From positions 32,001 to 96,000 of IMG/VR virus record IMGVR_UViG_3300045988_175722: a stretch of 64,000 bases of DNA, one strand, 5' to 3'. A model generated the notes under the pieces. The model was not told the origin of the DNA. It did no database searches and worked only from the letters and a program-made list of their open reading frames with translations. Shown piece after piece: positions 38,628-47,558 of this stretch; position 1 is the stretch's first letter, and every line of letters begins with the position of its first letter. A program made the position numbers and the translations under genes. Origin of the DNA: a virus.

Positions 38628-39116
38628 ATGAAATCAGCCGATAATTGCAGAGAGTTATTTCTTGATGGAGTAACCGATGCTTATTTTTACGCCGCAAAGG
38701 AAAGCACCCTTCCTATCCCGTTCATTGTGCAGCGGGTATTGCAGATGAATGGCTGCAAGTTTGCTGGTGAAGCGCTCCATGTTGCCACCAGCGAAGGCGA
38801 TAATTACGTGGTAACAGATGCTATCACCGCCAAGCAGACCTCTCAGGAAGGTGGCAATGGCACCGCATTCAGCTTCGAGATTACTGCCAATATCGAAGCC
38901 GGAAAGGAGAATATACCCGAAATCATCAAGAATATGCACGGAAACGACTATTATATAGTCTTGCGCAAGCAGGATGACTCACTCCATCTCTGTTATACGC
39001 TGCCCGATACCTTCCGTATCACCGATTCCGTAACCAGTCAGAGCAGTGCAGAGACCCGTAGCGTTACGGCAACTTGCATGGCGATGTCTGAGTTTATTCC
39101 GATTACACTTTCATAG
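38628..39116 (+). CDS. hypothetical protein (virion module by position)
   Basis: 162-aa ORF followed by an intrinsic terminator. Confidence 0.6.
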   Translation: MKSADNCRELFLDGVTDAYFYAAKESTLPIPFIVQRVLQMNGCKFAGEALHVATSEGDNYVVTDAITAKQTSQEGGNGTAFSFEITANIEAGKENIPEIIKNMHGNDYYIVLRKQDDSLHLCYTLPDTFRITDSVTSQSSAETRSVTATCMAMSEFIPITLS

Positions 39117-39198
39117 TCAGTTAAAAATAAAATGCCGGTTCTTAATTATTATAGATTCAAAGTATAAAATTGTTTTAGTTTAAGATTTGTGTATATAG

Positions 39199-39231
39199 CC
39201 CTGCCGTCCGTGAGGATAGCAGGGTTTTTTG
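39199..39231 (+). terminator. intrinsic terminator
   Basis: CCCTGC-CGTCCGTGAGGATA-GCAGGG followed by TTTTTTG. Confidence 0.7.
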
Positions 39232-39272
39232 TTTTCCCCTAAATCATAGCAAATTCCACGCATAGGCTCATT

Positions 39273-39309
39273 TTTGTCCCTATTTACCCACGTTTTCCCA
39301 TTACCTTTG
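39273..39309 (+). promoter_or_regulatory. Bacteroidota-type promoter (-33 TTTGTCCC, -7 TACCTTTG)
   Basis: TTTG at 39273-39276 and TACCTTTG at 39302-39309. Upstream of the protease/capsid operon and just after a terminator. Confidence 0.7.
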
Positions 39310-39413
39310 CCGTCAGAAAATATATAAGAGTCTTCTTTTGCAATCAAGGTAAGGAGATTTGTATTTCAGGATAACGATAACATACATTAATTTTTAAAAT
39401 TCTATTACCCACA

Positions 39414-41078
39414 ATGAAAGGTCTATACGAAATTCTGACCGAGAAAAAGTGGATGATTTCGCCTGACTTTGTTCACGGAATCCGTAAGGCATTGGAGCAG
39501 AATCTGAATGCACATGCCATATACGAACGCCCTGCACCTACCTGCGGCTTCGTAACCGTGAGGGCAGCCGATGGCTCAATCTATTACCCAGAGGAATATC
39601 AGATTTCCGAGGATGGTAAGAAGGTGAGAGGTCAGTGGGCGTTGGAGGATGAGAACGAGCAGACCTTTCCGTTTGTTTCTGTGCTCACCGTCGATGGTCC
39701 TATCACCCGAAATGGTGGCGGTTGTTCGTATGGTTCTATCGACCATCGCAACATGATGATCAATGCGGCCAATCATCCCCTCTGTCGAGGTCACATCTTC
39801 ATCATCAACACTCCTGGTGGCTCCGCTTGGGCAAAGAACGATTATGAACAGGCTATCAACTATGCCCGTTCGCAAGGTCAGCCAGTCATTGCCTTCATCG
39901 ACGGTATGTGCGCATCGGCAGGTATGTATCTCGCTTCTCTCTGTGATGAGCGTTACTACATGCACCCGAAAGATCAAATCGGTTGTATCGGTGTGATGGC
40001 ATCTTTCTACACGCAGGCTGATGGCAGTAAAAACCAGTTTACCGATGAAACTTATCACGAGTTGTACGACCCTGAGAGCTTCGACAAGAACCGAGAGTTT
40101 CGCGATATTGCCAACGATGGTGATAGCGAAAAGCTGGTAAAAGAGCTTGCCGAGTTGGGCGTGGAGTTCAGAGCCGACGTAAAGAAAGCCTGCCCTGCTG
40201 CAAAGGATGAACATCTTCATGGTAAGGTATTCGATGCCGAGGAAGTAAAGGGTATTCTAATGGATGCCCAAAGTGACTTCTTCTCTTGCGTAAAGCGTTG
40301 CTTCGACCTTTACAATGGTGTAGCTCAGCCTATCATCAGAAAGCCATCTGATGATGATGACGAAACCAAAAGCAGTTTGAACGAGCCATCCGACCATCCG
40401 GCACACGACCCTCAGTTGGAGCCAGACAAGGATTCTTCGGCAAAGAAAGGAAATCATCAACATACAAATAATCAAAATTTCATCAATATGGCAAATTATC
40501 CAAAAATCAATGCCGCTTGCGGTATGCAGGATGGTCAGCAGATTGAGGTGAAGGAGGAAGGCGCATTCATGAATGCGCCATTACTCGACACCCTCGAAGC
40601 TCATCTCGCATCGCAGGAGCAGGCAGTGGCTGATGCCAAGCAGAAAGCCACCACAGCAGAGCAGAGTCTTGCCGATCTCCAGGCAAAGCACGATGCACTC
40701 GCTGAGACCATCGCCCAGAAGGACGAGGAAATCAAGAACCTGAAAGAGGCAAAGGCTAAGGCTGATGAGGACATCAAAGCCCTCAACGACGCAAAGGCAA
40801 AGGCTGATGAGGAGAAGGCAAAGACAGGTGAGGAGTTGAAGACTGCCCAGGCTTCACTTGCTACTGCCCAGCAGACCATCGCTGACAAGGACGCTCAGAT
40901 TGCTGAGTTGAACGAGAACCCAGGCGAGGAGCCGGCACAGGGTGCCGCACCTCAGAACAACGGCGAGGGTGCAAAAGTAGAAACTGCAAAGACAGGCTAC
41001 CCAACTTGGAATCCAGCCGATCCAGTAGGTTCTAAGAAAGCTATCGAGGAGTACAAGAGAGAAAACGGCCTCCTCTAG
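39414..41078 (+). CDS. prohead serine protease (S49/SppA-like) fused to a coiled-coil scaffold-like C-terminal region
   Basis: INTPGGSAWA...GQPVIAFIDGMCASAGMYLASLCD matches the S49 peptidase pattern. The C-terminal half is an A/K/E/D-rich coiled coil. It lies immediately upstream of the capsid gene. Confidence 0.8.
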   Translation: MKGLYEILTEKKWMISPDFVHGIRKALEQNLNAHAIYERPAPTCGFVTVRAADGSIYYPEEYQISEDGKKVRGQWALEDENEQTFPFVSVLTVDGPITRNGGGCSYGSIDHRNMMINAANHPLCRGHIFIINTPGGSAWAKNDYEQAINYARSQGQPVIAFIDGMCASAGMYLASLCDERYYMHPKDQIGCIGVMASFYTQADGSKNQFTDETYHELYDPESFDKNREFRDIANDGDSEKLVKELAELGVEFRADVKKACPAAKDEHLHGKVFDAEEVKGILMDAQSDFFSCVKRCFDLYNGVAQPIIRKPSDDDDETKSSLNEPSDHPAHDPQLEPDKDSSAKKGNHQHTNNQNFINMANYPKINAACGMQDGQQIEVKEEGAFMNAPLLDTLEAHLASQEQAVADAKQKATTAEQSLADLQAKHDALAETIAQKDEEIKNLKEAKAKADEDIKALNDAKAKADEEKAKTGEELKTAQASLATAQQTIADKDAQIAELNENPGEEPAQGAAPQNNGEGAKVETAKTGYPTWNPADPVGSKKAIEEYKRENGLL

Positions 41079-41129
41079 TTTTTGAAATTTAAATCACATA
41101 CATAAACAAGCAAAATTTGTATTCTAATT

Positions 41130-42419
41130 ATGGCAGCACCAAACAACTTTATTGGTATCAGCGCCCTCGAGGAGGTCGCTAACCAGGTATTCAAGAGCGT
41201 TGTGCAGGGTCCGGCTTATGCTAACCCCGAAGAGATGAAGCGTCTTGGTATCAAGATTATCAGCGGCGTCCAGTTCCAGCGCACTATCAATGTATTCATC
41301 CGTAAGGGTGGTACTACTCGCCGTAAGGATGTAAATCCTAAGTTGAACAGTGAAATCGGTTTCCTCAAGGAGCGTAAGTTGACAGCCAAGCTTGCTTGGT
41401 TCCACGGTACCGATAACATGGATCGCTATTGTGAGACAAACCTTGGTACAGGCTCACATGGCGCTTATCCTCTTTCTACCGTAGCTATTGAGGCGGTATT
41501 GAAGACTTATGCTGACGACCTTTACAACAACCTCTGGTGGGGTGACATTGACAGAGACGTTCCTGGCGCTTCAAATCTGGAGAAGTCTATGGCTCTCTAT
41601 GATGGCTTCCTCACCGGTCTCAAGCACGATATTGAGGATGGCCTTATCAGCGAGGCTAACCACAACCTCATCCACACCGAAGCTATCACTGCACCAGCCA
41701 ATGCGACGGATAGCTCTGCATACAAGATCTTCCGTGGGGCTTACATGAAGCTGGACCCACGTATGCGCCGTCAGAATGTTTTCGCTTACATGACTCCTGA
41801 GACAGCCATCGCTATTTCTGATGCTTACGCACTCCAGTCATACGGTACTCATAAGCTCAATGTGGTAGATGGCGGTAACTACGTTATCCCAGAGCTTCCT
41901 AAGTGTACCATCGTTCCAGTTGAGGGCTTGGGTATCGGTGATCGCGTTCTCTTCTCTATCAAAGACAACCTCGTTTATGCAGTAGATTCTGAGGGTAACG
42001 ACACTAAGGTTATGATTGGTAAAGGCAGTCCAGACGACCTGAGAGACATCACTATCCAGGCACAAAGTATTCAGGGCTGTTATGTGGAAAATCCATTCTC
42101 TTGGGCGTTCGCAATGACAGACGGAAACCTCGAAGCCGCAGAGTTCGTTTCAGGCGACTACACCGAGTCTAACATTACCGTTTCTCTTGCTAAGACCGTA
42201 TCTACCGCAGAGGGCGAGATCGATGGTAAGGTAAAGGTAAACGATGTTGAGTACACTAAGCCAGTGGAGACAACTCCTAACGCTATTGTTACTCTTGAGG
42301 CAGTGGATGGCACCAACTACGTCTTCGATCACTGGAACACCGGTGGCAAGGAGAAGAAGATCCAGTTCGCTGCAACAGGCATGAGCCAGGGCTTCACCGC
42401 CTTCTTCAAGAAGGGTTAA
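41130..42419 (+). CDS. major capsid protein
   Basis: 429 aa, directly after the protease/scaffold gene. It is followed by a hairpin motif and a strong terminator, consistent with a highly expressed unit. Confidence 0.7.
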   Translation: MAAPNNFIGISALEEVANQVFKSVVQGPAYANPEEMKRLGIKIISGVQFQRTINVFIRKGGTTRRKDVNPKLNSEIGFLKERKLTAKLAWFHGTDNMDRYCETNLGTGSHGAYPLSTVAIEAVLKTYADDLYNNLWWGDIDRDVPGASNLEKSMALYDGFLTGLKHDIEDGLISEANHNLIHTEAITAPANATDSSAYKIFRGAYMKLDPRMRRQNVFAYMTPETAIAISDAYALQSYGTHKLNVVDGGNYVIPELPKCTIVPVEGLGIGDRVLFSIKDNLVYAVDSEGNDTKVMIGKGSPDDLRDITIQAQSIQGCYVENPFSWAFAMTDGNLEAAEFVSGDYTESNITVSLAKTVSTAEGEIDGKVKVNDVEYTKPVETTPNAIVTLEAVDGTNYVFDHWNTGGKEKKIQFAATGMSQGFTAFFKKG

Positions 42420-42428
42420 CCCCCTCTC

Positions 42429-42460
42429 GCCCCCGTCCCCAGCGATTCCATCGCTGGTCC
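42429..42460 (+). repeat. 32-nt hairpin motif, copy 9
   Basis: GCCCCCGTCCCCAGCGATTCCATCGCTGGTCC, 9 nt after the capsid gene stop and preceded by CCCCTCTC. Confidence 0.9.
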
Positions 42461-42492
42461 AACAGTCAAAAGGCAATCCTCTATAAATCCTC

Positions 42493-42549
42493 GGCGGCGG
42501 TCGCTTGACCTGGCGGAAAATGGCTTCCGCCGCCATTTCTTTTCATTTT
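42493..42549 (+). terminator. intrinsic terminator after the capsid gene
   Basis: GGCGGCGG ... CCGCCGCC (8-bp GC stem) followed by ATTTCTTTTCATTTT. Confidence 0.65.
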
Positions 42550-42566
42550 AAAAATAAGATATAATT

Positions 42567-43136
42567 ATGGCAGATAACGTAACATGTCCACAGCTTGCGG
42601 ACGTATTGAACGAGAACGAGTGCCTGGAGAACCGTGCAGGTGTAGGTGTCACTGTCTATCTCGGTTTGAAGAGTGAGCTTGCAGCCCCTCTTACTGCTAC
42701 CGAGAATATGTACTCCACTCCTGCCTTCCAGACCGGCAAGGGTCTCTACAAAGTAGAGTGCAAAGACGATACCAACCAGGTTCAGGGTTCATCCCTCGGC
42801 TATCGCAAGGGTTTTGAGTTGACCTTCAACTTCGGTATCGACTCTGTAAATCCTGCAGCGGGTAAGTTGGCGCGCGCCATCAACAACCGCGACATCTTTA
42901 TCATCGTCAAGGACAATGATAAGTCTCAGATTATGTACGACCCAGACCGCAAGGTTAAGTTTGACTCAGGTGGCATTAAAACGGACACGGGAGCCAAAAG
43001 CGACGATGAACGCAGCACCACCTTCGAGGCAAAGTTGTCAAGCGTAAATTATCCAAACCTTTACGTAACAGAGCCTACAGAGAAGGGTTGGGATTCCCTT
43101 CTCGCTTCTGCGGCAACAAAGAAGCCGGGGGAATAA
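42567..43136 (+). CDS. hypothetical structural protein
   Basis: 189-aa ORF after the capsid gene. See the possible -1 frameshift extension. Confidence 0.6.
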   Translation: MADNVTCPQLADVLNENECLENRAGVGVTVYLGLKSELAAPLTATENMYSTPAFQTGKGLYKVECKDDTNQVQGSSLGYRKGFELTFNFGIDSVNPAAGKLARAINNRDIFIIVKDNDKSQIMYDPDRKVKFDSGGIKTDTGAKSDDERSTTFEAKLSSVNYPNLYVTEPTEKGWDSLLASAATKKPGE

Positions 43137-43351
43137 CAGGCGGAACAGATCAGAGCGAAACCGCTTCCGCCTCTGAGCAGCCATCTGAGCCAAGCGAGCA
43201 GGTAACTCCCACCCAGGAGTCTCCTGCCGCTATCAGCAAAGAAGATCAGACTCCTCCCGAGAATCAGCCTTCTGATGAAGAGCAGCCTTCTACTGAAGAG
43301 GAAGTCGCCCCTATCAAAAAGGTGGCTTCCTCTAGCAAAGGTGGTAAGTAA
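43088..43351 (+). CDS. possible -1 frameshift extension of ORF 42567-43136
   Basis: The -1 frame is open across the G5 run at 43127-43131 and encodes an acidic P/S/T/E/Q-rich tail. The terminator lies after this ORF, not after 43136. Confidence 0.3.
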   Translation: MGFPSRFCGNKEAGGITGGTDQSETASASEQPSEPSEQVTPTQESPAAISKEDQTPPENQPSDEEQPSTEEEVAPIKKVASSSKGGK

Positions 43352-43408
43352 TCGCTCCCCCATCAAACTCCAATGCGTTTCCATTGGCAATTTACTCTAT
43401 AGATCAAG

Positions 43409-43446
43409 AGCCTGGCAGAAAGAAATTTCCTCGCCAGGCTTTTTCG
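43409..43446 (+). terminator. intrinsic terminator
   Basis: AGCCTGGC, a 16-nt loop, GCCAGGCT, then TTTTC. Confidence 0.7.
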
Positions 43447-43481
43447 CTTTGTTATCTTAAAAGAACCTCACCCCCTCTCTA

Positions 43482-43513
43482 GCCCCTGTACCCAGCGATT
43501 CCATCGCTGGTCC
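43482..43513 (+). repeat. 32-nt hairpin motif, copy 10
   Basis: GCCCCTGTACCCAGCGATTCCATCGCTGGTCC, upstream of the endolysin promoter. Confidence 0.9.
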
Positions 43514-43556
43514 CCATTCCCCTTTCTGCTAGGCACTAGAGTCCGCTAGGTATCTC

Positions 43557-43593
43557 TTTGTCCCCATCATCTTCTTAGCATTTGCTATCTTTG
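43557..43593 (+). promoter_or_regulatory. Bacteroidota-type promoter (-33 TTTGTCCCC, -7 TATCTTTG)
   Basis: TTTG at 43557-43560 and TATCTTTG at 43586-43593. Upstream of the endolysin. Confidence 0.7.
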
Positions 43594-43630
43594 CCCTCAG
43601 AAGAAATAAAAACGATAAAACAGAAAAGAT

Positions 43631-44185
43631 ATGGCAAAGATTCAACCTCTTGCAGATTTTATCCTCTCCTTCGAGGGAGGCTATGCGAACCACCCCAACG
43701 ACAAGGGTGGTCCTACCAACATGGGTGTAACCCTCAAAACCTGGCAAACCCAGGGCTACGATAAAAACCATGATGGCCGCATAGACGCAAAGGATGTAAA
43801 GCTCATCACAAAAAATGATGCCGTCTCCATCCTTCGCCGTTGCTATTGGAACCGCTGGAAAGCCGATGGCATCAAAGACCAGAGCATCGCCAACATCCTG
43901 GTAGATTGGGTATGGATCAGCGGCACCCCAGGCGTAACCCTGGTGCAAGCCATGCTAGGCGTAAAAGCCGATGGCATTGTAGGCAGCAAAACTCTCAAGG
44001 CGCTCAATAACCAGAACCCTAAGCGGTTTTTCGAGCGCATCAAGGCACGCCGCAAGCAATACATCGCTAGAGTCATTGCCCAGTGCCCTAGTCAGAAGGG
44101 CTTCGAGGCAGGCTGGCTCCGTCGCCTCAATGCCATCAGTTACGGCAGTCTAATCGCCAACAATGGCAAAGAAATAAAGTGGTAA
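43631..44185 (+). CDS. endolysin, glycoside hydrolase family 108 with peptidoglycan-binding domain
   Basis: FEGGYANHPNDKGGPTNMGVT is the GH108 N-terminal signature. The C-terminal LGVKADGIVGSKTL resembles a PG-binding repeat. Confidence 0.85.
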   Translation: MAKIQPLADFILSFEGGYANHPNDKGGPTNMGVTLKTWQTQGYDKNHDGRIDAKDVKLITKNDAVSILRRCYWNRWKADGIKDQSIANILVDWVWISGTPGVTLVQAMLGVKADGIVGSKTLKALNNQNPKRFFERIKARRKQYIARVIAQCPSQKGFEAGWLRRLNAISYGSLIANNGKEIKW

Positions 44186-44186
44186 T

Positions 44187-45293
44187 ATGGAAGCAAAGAT
44201 AAACCTCACCATCCCGAAAAGCTGGAATCAATGCACCCCCACCCAGCTAGAGCAGATTGCCCTCATCATGCTAGAGCAGATAGAGAAATCCAAGGTAGAC
44301 CGCTATCACCCCTTCGATATGCAGAAGGTGAAGATAGCTGTCTTCTTTCTCTTTGCCGGGATAAGCATCAACGCCTATCCCGACCCTCGCCAGCCTATCA
44401 ATGAGCAGCACTACCTGGTAAGCATAGAGCCGCAGAAGAAGAGCCTCCTAAAGAAGCTCTTCTCCCTCTGCGCCTCCGTTCCCAGCGATTCCATCGCTGG
44501 TCCCCAGTCTTGCAGCCACTTCCCTCTCTATCTTTGGCAGCTCAACTATTGGCTTTCCCCGAAAGCCAAAACCAACGATAAAACCTCCCCCGAGTATATC
44601 TCCCAAGGCGCAGGTCTCCTCGATTGGCTGGATGCGGATAGCGGCAATTTTCTCACCCTTTTTCCCTATCCATCCATCAAGCAGAAATCCAAGTGGTACC
44701 ATCGCAGCAAAGCCTTCCAGGGTCCGCACCCAGACCTCGATGGTTTCTCCTGGCAGCAGTACCGCTTCGCCAGCGATATGATGCAAACCTACACCAAGTT
44801 AAACAATAACCTGGTTAAGATGAAGAAGATGGATAAATTCACCGAGGCGCAGTTGCATCAGCAAGCCGAGAGTGTGCGTAGTGCAAAAAGCATGTTCTTA
44901 GCCGTCATCTTTAACACCACTACGAATTACATCGACTCTACCACTGGCATAAAGAAATACGATTTCCACTATGAGGCAAAACAGCTCACTGCCCATGCCA
45001 AGTATTTCGTCGATTTCTCCGAAGCCCAGTGGCAAGTAGTTTTATTCTGGTGGACGGGCATCATGCACACCCTGGCTCATCGCTACCCTCATGTGTTCAA
45101 GGTGCAGAAGGTAAACAACAGTAAGCCACAAACTCCGATGGAAATCTACACCGCTACCACCGCCACGATGCAGAAGTATGCCGGCTTAACAGAAGATCAG
45201 ATCAACACCCAATCCTATTCCTTGGTTCTAGAACACTTAGAAAGGTTATCGAAAGAGAATGAGGAAATGGAAAAGATGAGGAGAAGCAAATGA
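44187..45293 (+). CDS. hypothetical protein
   Basis: 368-aa ORF starting 1 nt after the endolysin stop. It carries an in-frame hairpin motif copy (...ASVPSDSIAGP...). Confidence 0.6.
   Translation: MEAKINLTIPKSWNQCTPTQLEQIALIMLEQIEKSKVDRYHPFDMQKVKIAVFFLFAGISINAYPDPRQPINEQHYLVSIEPQKKSLLKKLFSLCASVPSDSIAGPQSCSHFPLYLWQLNYWLSPKAKTNDKTSPEYISQGAGLLDWLDADSGNFLTLFPYPSIKQKSKWYHRSKAFQGPHPDLDGFSWQQYRFASDMMQTYTKLNNNLVKMKKMDKFTEAQLHQQAESVRSAKSMFLAVIFNTTTNYIDSTTGIKKYDFHYEAKQLTAHAKYFVDFSEAQWQVVLFWWTGIMHTLAHRYPHVFKVQKVNNSKPQTPMEIYTATTATMQKYAGLTEDQINTQSYSLVLEHLERLSKENEEMEKMRRSK
44470..44503 (+). repeat. 32-nt hairpin motif, copy 11 (intragenic)
   Basis: GCGCCTCCGTTCCCAGCGATTCCATCGCTGGTCC inside ORF 44187-45293, in frame. 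Confidence 0.85.
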
Positions 45294-45436
45294 TAAAGAT
45301 AGATTATCATTTTCCGAATACGGGGGGGGTATTCACTCAATGTACAAAGGATTTCAATAATGGCCCCTTATGGAATTTGAGCCGTTGCGTCAAGGCAAGC
45401 GTTCTCGATACAGGCGTAATGCTAGAATATGAATAA
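45290..45436 (+). CDS. TRD-like minigene M0 (48 aa)
   Basis: ATGA overlap with the previous stop. MIKIDYHFPNTGGVFTQC...VLDTGVMLEYE, with a G8 tract in frame and the LEYE-stop tail shared with the downstream array. Confidence 0.45.
   Translation: MIKIDYHFPNTGGVFTQCTKDFNNGPLWNLSRCVKASVLDTGVMLEYE
45322..45329. repeat. G8 homopolymer, in frame
   Basis: In minigene M0, context AATAC-G8. Confidence 0.95.
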
Positions 45437-45557
45437 CCATCGCTTTTACCAATACCCACGAGGCGAGAATATGGGCGGTATTCTAGATACATCACTCTGC
45501 CTTACCATCACTATTAATTCGTAGGAACAGAATGTGTTTCTAATAGAGGAATTATAA
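45429..45557 (+). pseudogene. TRD-like minigene M0b, interrupted by an in-frame TAG
   Basis: MNNHRFYQYPRGENMGGILDTSLCLTITINS-TAG-EQNVFLIEEL. The ATG is embedded in the EYE-stop of M0. Confidence 0.3.
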
Positions 45558-45563
45558 AGATTT

Positions 45564-45872
45564 ATGAGTTATAGTACATTAAAAATAGAGAAGAATAAAT
45601 TCAGAGAACACTCTGTATTTTTATCCCGTTCAACCGTAAGTGATACGGTTGTAATCAAGTGTGGTTCAGAAAGCGTGTGTCTTGAGCAAGACGAATTTAA
45701 AGCGCTGGCACATCTCATGTGCTATGATTTCTATACACGAGGTATGATCGAGAAAGCTCAAGAACATAGCCGGAATGATGTTCGTCCATACGATATATAT
45801 TCTACTACCGATATAGAAGGTTACGACGAGAAGATTAATTGGGATTTGGATGTAGAAAATAACAACAAATAG
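45564..45872 (+). CDS. hypothetical protein
   Basis: 102-aa ORF between the minigenes and the MTase core. Confidence 0.5.
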   Translation: MSYSTLKIEKNKFREHSVFLSRSTVSDTVVIKCGSESVCLEQDEFKALAHLMCYDFYTRGMIEKAQEHSRNDVRPYDIYSTTDIEGYDEKINWDLDVENNNK

Positions 45873-45932
45873 CATTTCCAAAGAACAAGAGAATTCATTG
45901 AGTATGATTAAAGATTTATAGAGCAAAACAAA

Positions 45933-47234
45933 ATGATAACAAAATTCAATTTTAAGGATAAGACCATCAAGTCTTATGCCATCCGAAAGCTGACACCTTT
46001 CGAGTGTTTCCGACTGATGGGTGTTCGTGATAATGTGATACAAACCATGCAGAGCACCAATGCCCAGGCAGCCGAACGCATCGCCAACTACAAGGGCAAG
46101 GGCAAACCTGAAGATATGGCAGTATCAGCCAGTCAGCAATACAAGCAGGCGGGTAACTCCATCGTGGTAGATGTGCTTGCAGCCATCTATCAGCAACTCT
46201 GGTACCAGAAAGAACCAAAGCGTGAGGCACAGACCTCCCTCTTTGCCGATTTCTTCCCAGAAGACCAACTCCCTACCTATCCGGTAGATAAGAACGATGA
46301 TGAGAAACTTATTCTTACCACCTTCTCCGGTTACGACTCGCAGTTGATGGCAGCCGATGTGCTCGCCCAGCAGCATCCTGATTTCCGCTGGACGTGCGTA
46401 GGCTGGAGCGATATAGATAAGTATGCCTGTCAGATGCACGACCTTATCTTTCCGCAGTTTTCCGACAAAGCCTTGGGCGATATAACCAAAATCGACTGGC
46501 AACAGGTAAAATCTAATACGGGGGGGCAAGAAATTGACCTCTTTACCTATTCTTCACCTTGTCAGGATATATCGCAAGCCGGCAAGCAGATGGGTCTGAA
46601 GGAAGGTTCCGATACCCGCTCTGCATTATTGTGGCGAGTAGTCGATGCCGTAGAGGTATTGCGGCCTAAATACCTGCTCCAAGAGAACGTAGCAGCCCTG
46701 GTAAGCAAGAAGTTTATGCCCGATTTTCAGAAGTGGCTTGATAAGCTCTCTTCTCTTGGCTACGTAAGCCGATGGGCACGCCTCAATGCCAAAGACTATG
46801 GTGTTCCGCAGAACCGCGACCGAGTTTTCTGCCTCTCAATGAGAAAAGATGTAGCCTTCGATTACCAGTTTCCCGACCCTATTCCGCTGAAGAGAAAGTT
46901 GGAAGATGTGTTGCAGGAAGAAGTAGATACAAGGTTCTTCTTGAAAGATGAATCCGTCAGCAAGTTCCTCCAGGCAAACGATAAAGACACCTGTGTCTTC
47001 CATCAGTTTGAGATAGAGCCGAGCCACGAGAATGCCATGGCATTGAAAGCCATCCTTACCCTTTTCGTAGAGCAGTATGATTGCTGGAACCGCAAGCCTA
47101 AGAGAATGCAGGAGCTACTTGTTTCTTCTCACGAGGATATTATCATGCCATTATTCAATGATTGGAAAGAGAACGGCAAGTTCCAAAATCCAAAGTTAGA
47201 TAGTTTGTACCATCAGTTTTTGGAGAAGAAATGA
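45933..47234 (+). CDS. DNA (cytosine-5) methyltransferase core, circularly permuted (motifs IX-X precede I-VIII), with no recognisable TRD
   Basis: Motif order is IRKLTPFECFRLMG (IX), YKQAGNSIVVDV (X), TFSGYDS (I), YSSPCQDIS (IV), LLQENV (VI), GVPQNRDRVF (VIII). A G7 tract at 46520-46526 is in frame. Confidence 0.9.
   Translation: MITKFNFKDKTIKSYAIRKLTPFECFRLMGVRDNVIQTMQSTNAQAAERIANYKGKGKPEDMAVSASQQYKQAGNSIVVDVLAAIYQQLWYQKEPKREAQTSLFADFFPEDQLPTYPVDKNDDEKLILTTFSGYDSQLMAADVLAQQHPDFRWTCVGWSDIDKYACQMHDLIFPQFSDKALGDITKIDWQQVKSNTGGQEIDLFTYSSPCQDISQAGKQMGLKEGSDTRSALLWRVVDAVEVLRPKYLLQENVAALVSKKFMPDFQKWLDKLSSLGYVSRWARLNAKDYGVPQNRDRVFCLSMRKDVAFDYQFPDPIPLKRKLEDVLQEEVDTRFFLKDESVSKFLQANDKDTCVFHQFEIEPSHENAMALKAILTLFVEQYDCWNRKPKRMQELLVSSHEDIIMPLFNDWKENGKFQNPKLDSLYHQFLEKK
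46520..46526. repeat. G7 homopolymer, in frame
   Basis: In the C5-MTase core just before motif IV, context AATAC-G7. Confidence 0.95.
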
Positions 47235-47420
47235 TTTGCAGTTTAACCCATGTTGCGAAGCCTTCGCCTATGATTAGGGGGGGGGTATCAGCAGGTAGTA
47301 AACGTAACAGACGGAGAAAGCGCAGCCACCTTAACAACTCGCTATGAGTCGATAGGTCCTACCAACATTTTAACGCTTGCGCATTACCCTATGACAGTAG
47401 TGTTATATGAATACGAATAA
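47231..47420 (+). CDS. TRD-like minigene T1 (frame broken at G9; intact at G8)
   Basis: ATGA overlap with the core stop. With 8 G it reads MICSLTHVAKPSPMIRGGYQQVVNVTDGESAATLTTRYESIGPTNILTLAHYPMTVVLYEYE. Confidence 0.45.
47277..47285. repeat. G9 homopolymer, breaks the frame
   Basis: In minigene T1. In frame at 8 nt. Confidence 0.95.
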
Positions 47421-47558
47421 TACGATAGACAAAATAGGCAACATTTACTTTAATGAATGGAAGCCCGGTTTTGATGGTAATATCTGTGGCGTGAAAGGTA
47501 TATACCCTACCATTACTCTATCCAACAATACGGGGGGGTACTGTTAGAGTATGCTTAA
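47407..47558 (+). CDS. TRD-like minigene T2 (frame broken at G7; intact at G8)
   Basis: ...GVKGIYPTITLSNNTGG followed by VLLEYA-stop if the tract has 8 G. As sequenced it stops after GGYC. Confidence 0.45.
47532..47538. repeat. G7 homopolymer, breaks the frame
   Basis: In minigene T2, context AATAC-G7. In frame at 8 nt. Confidence 0.95.
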
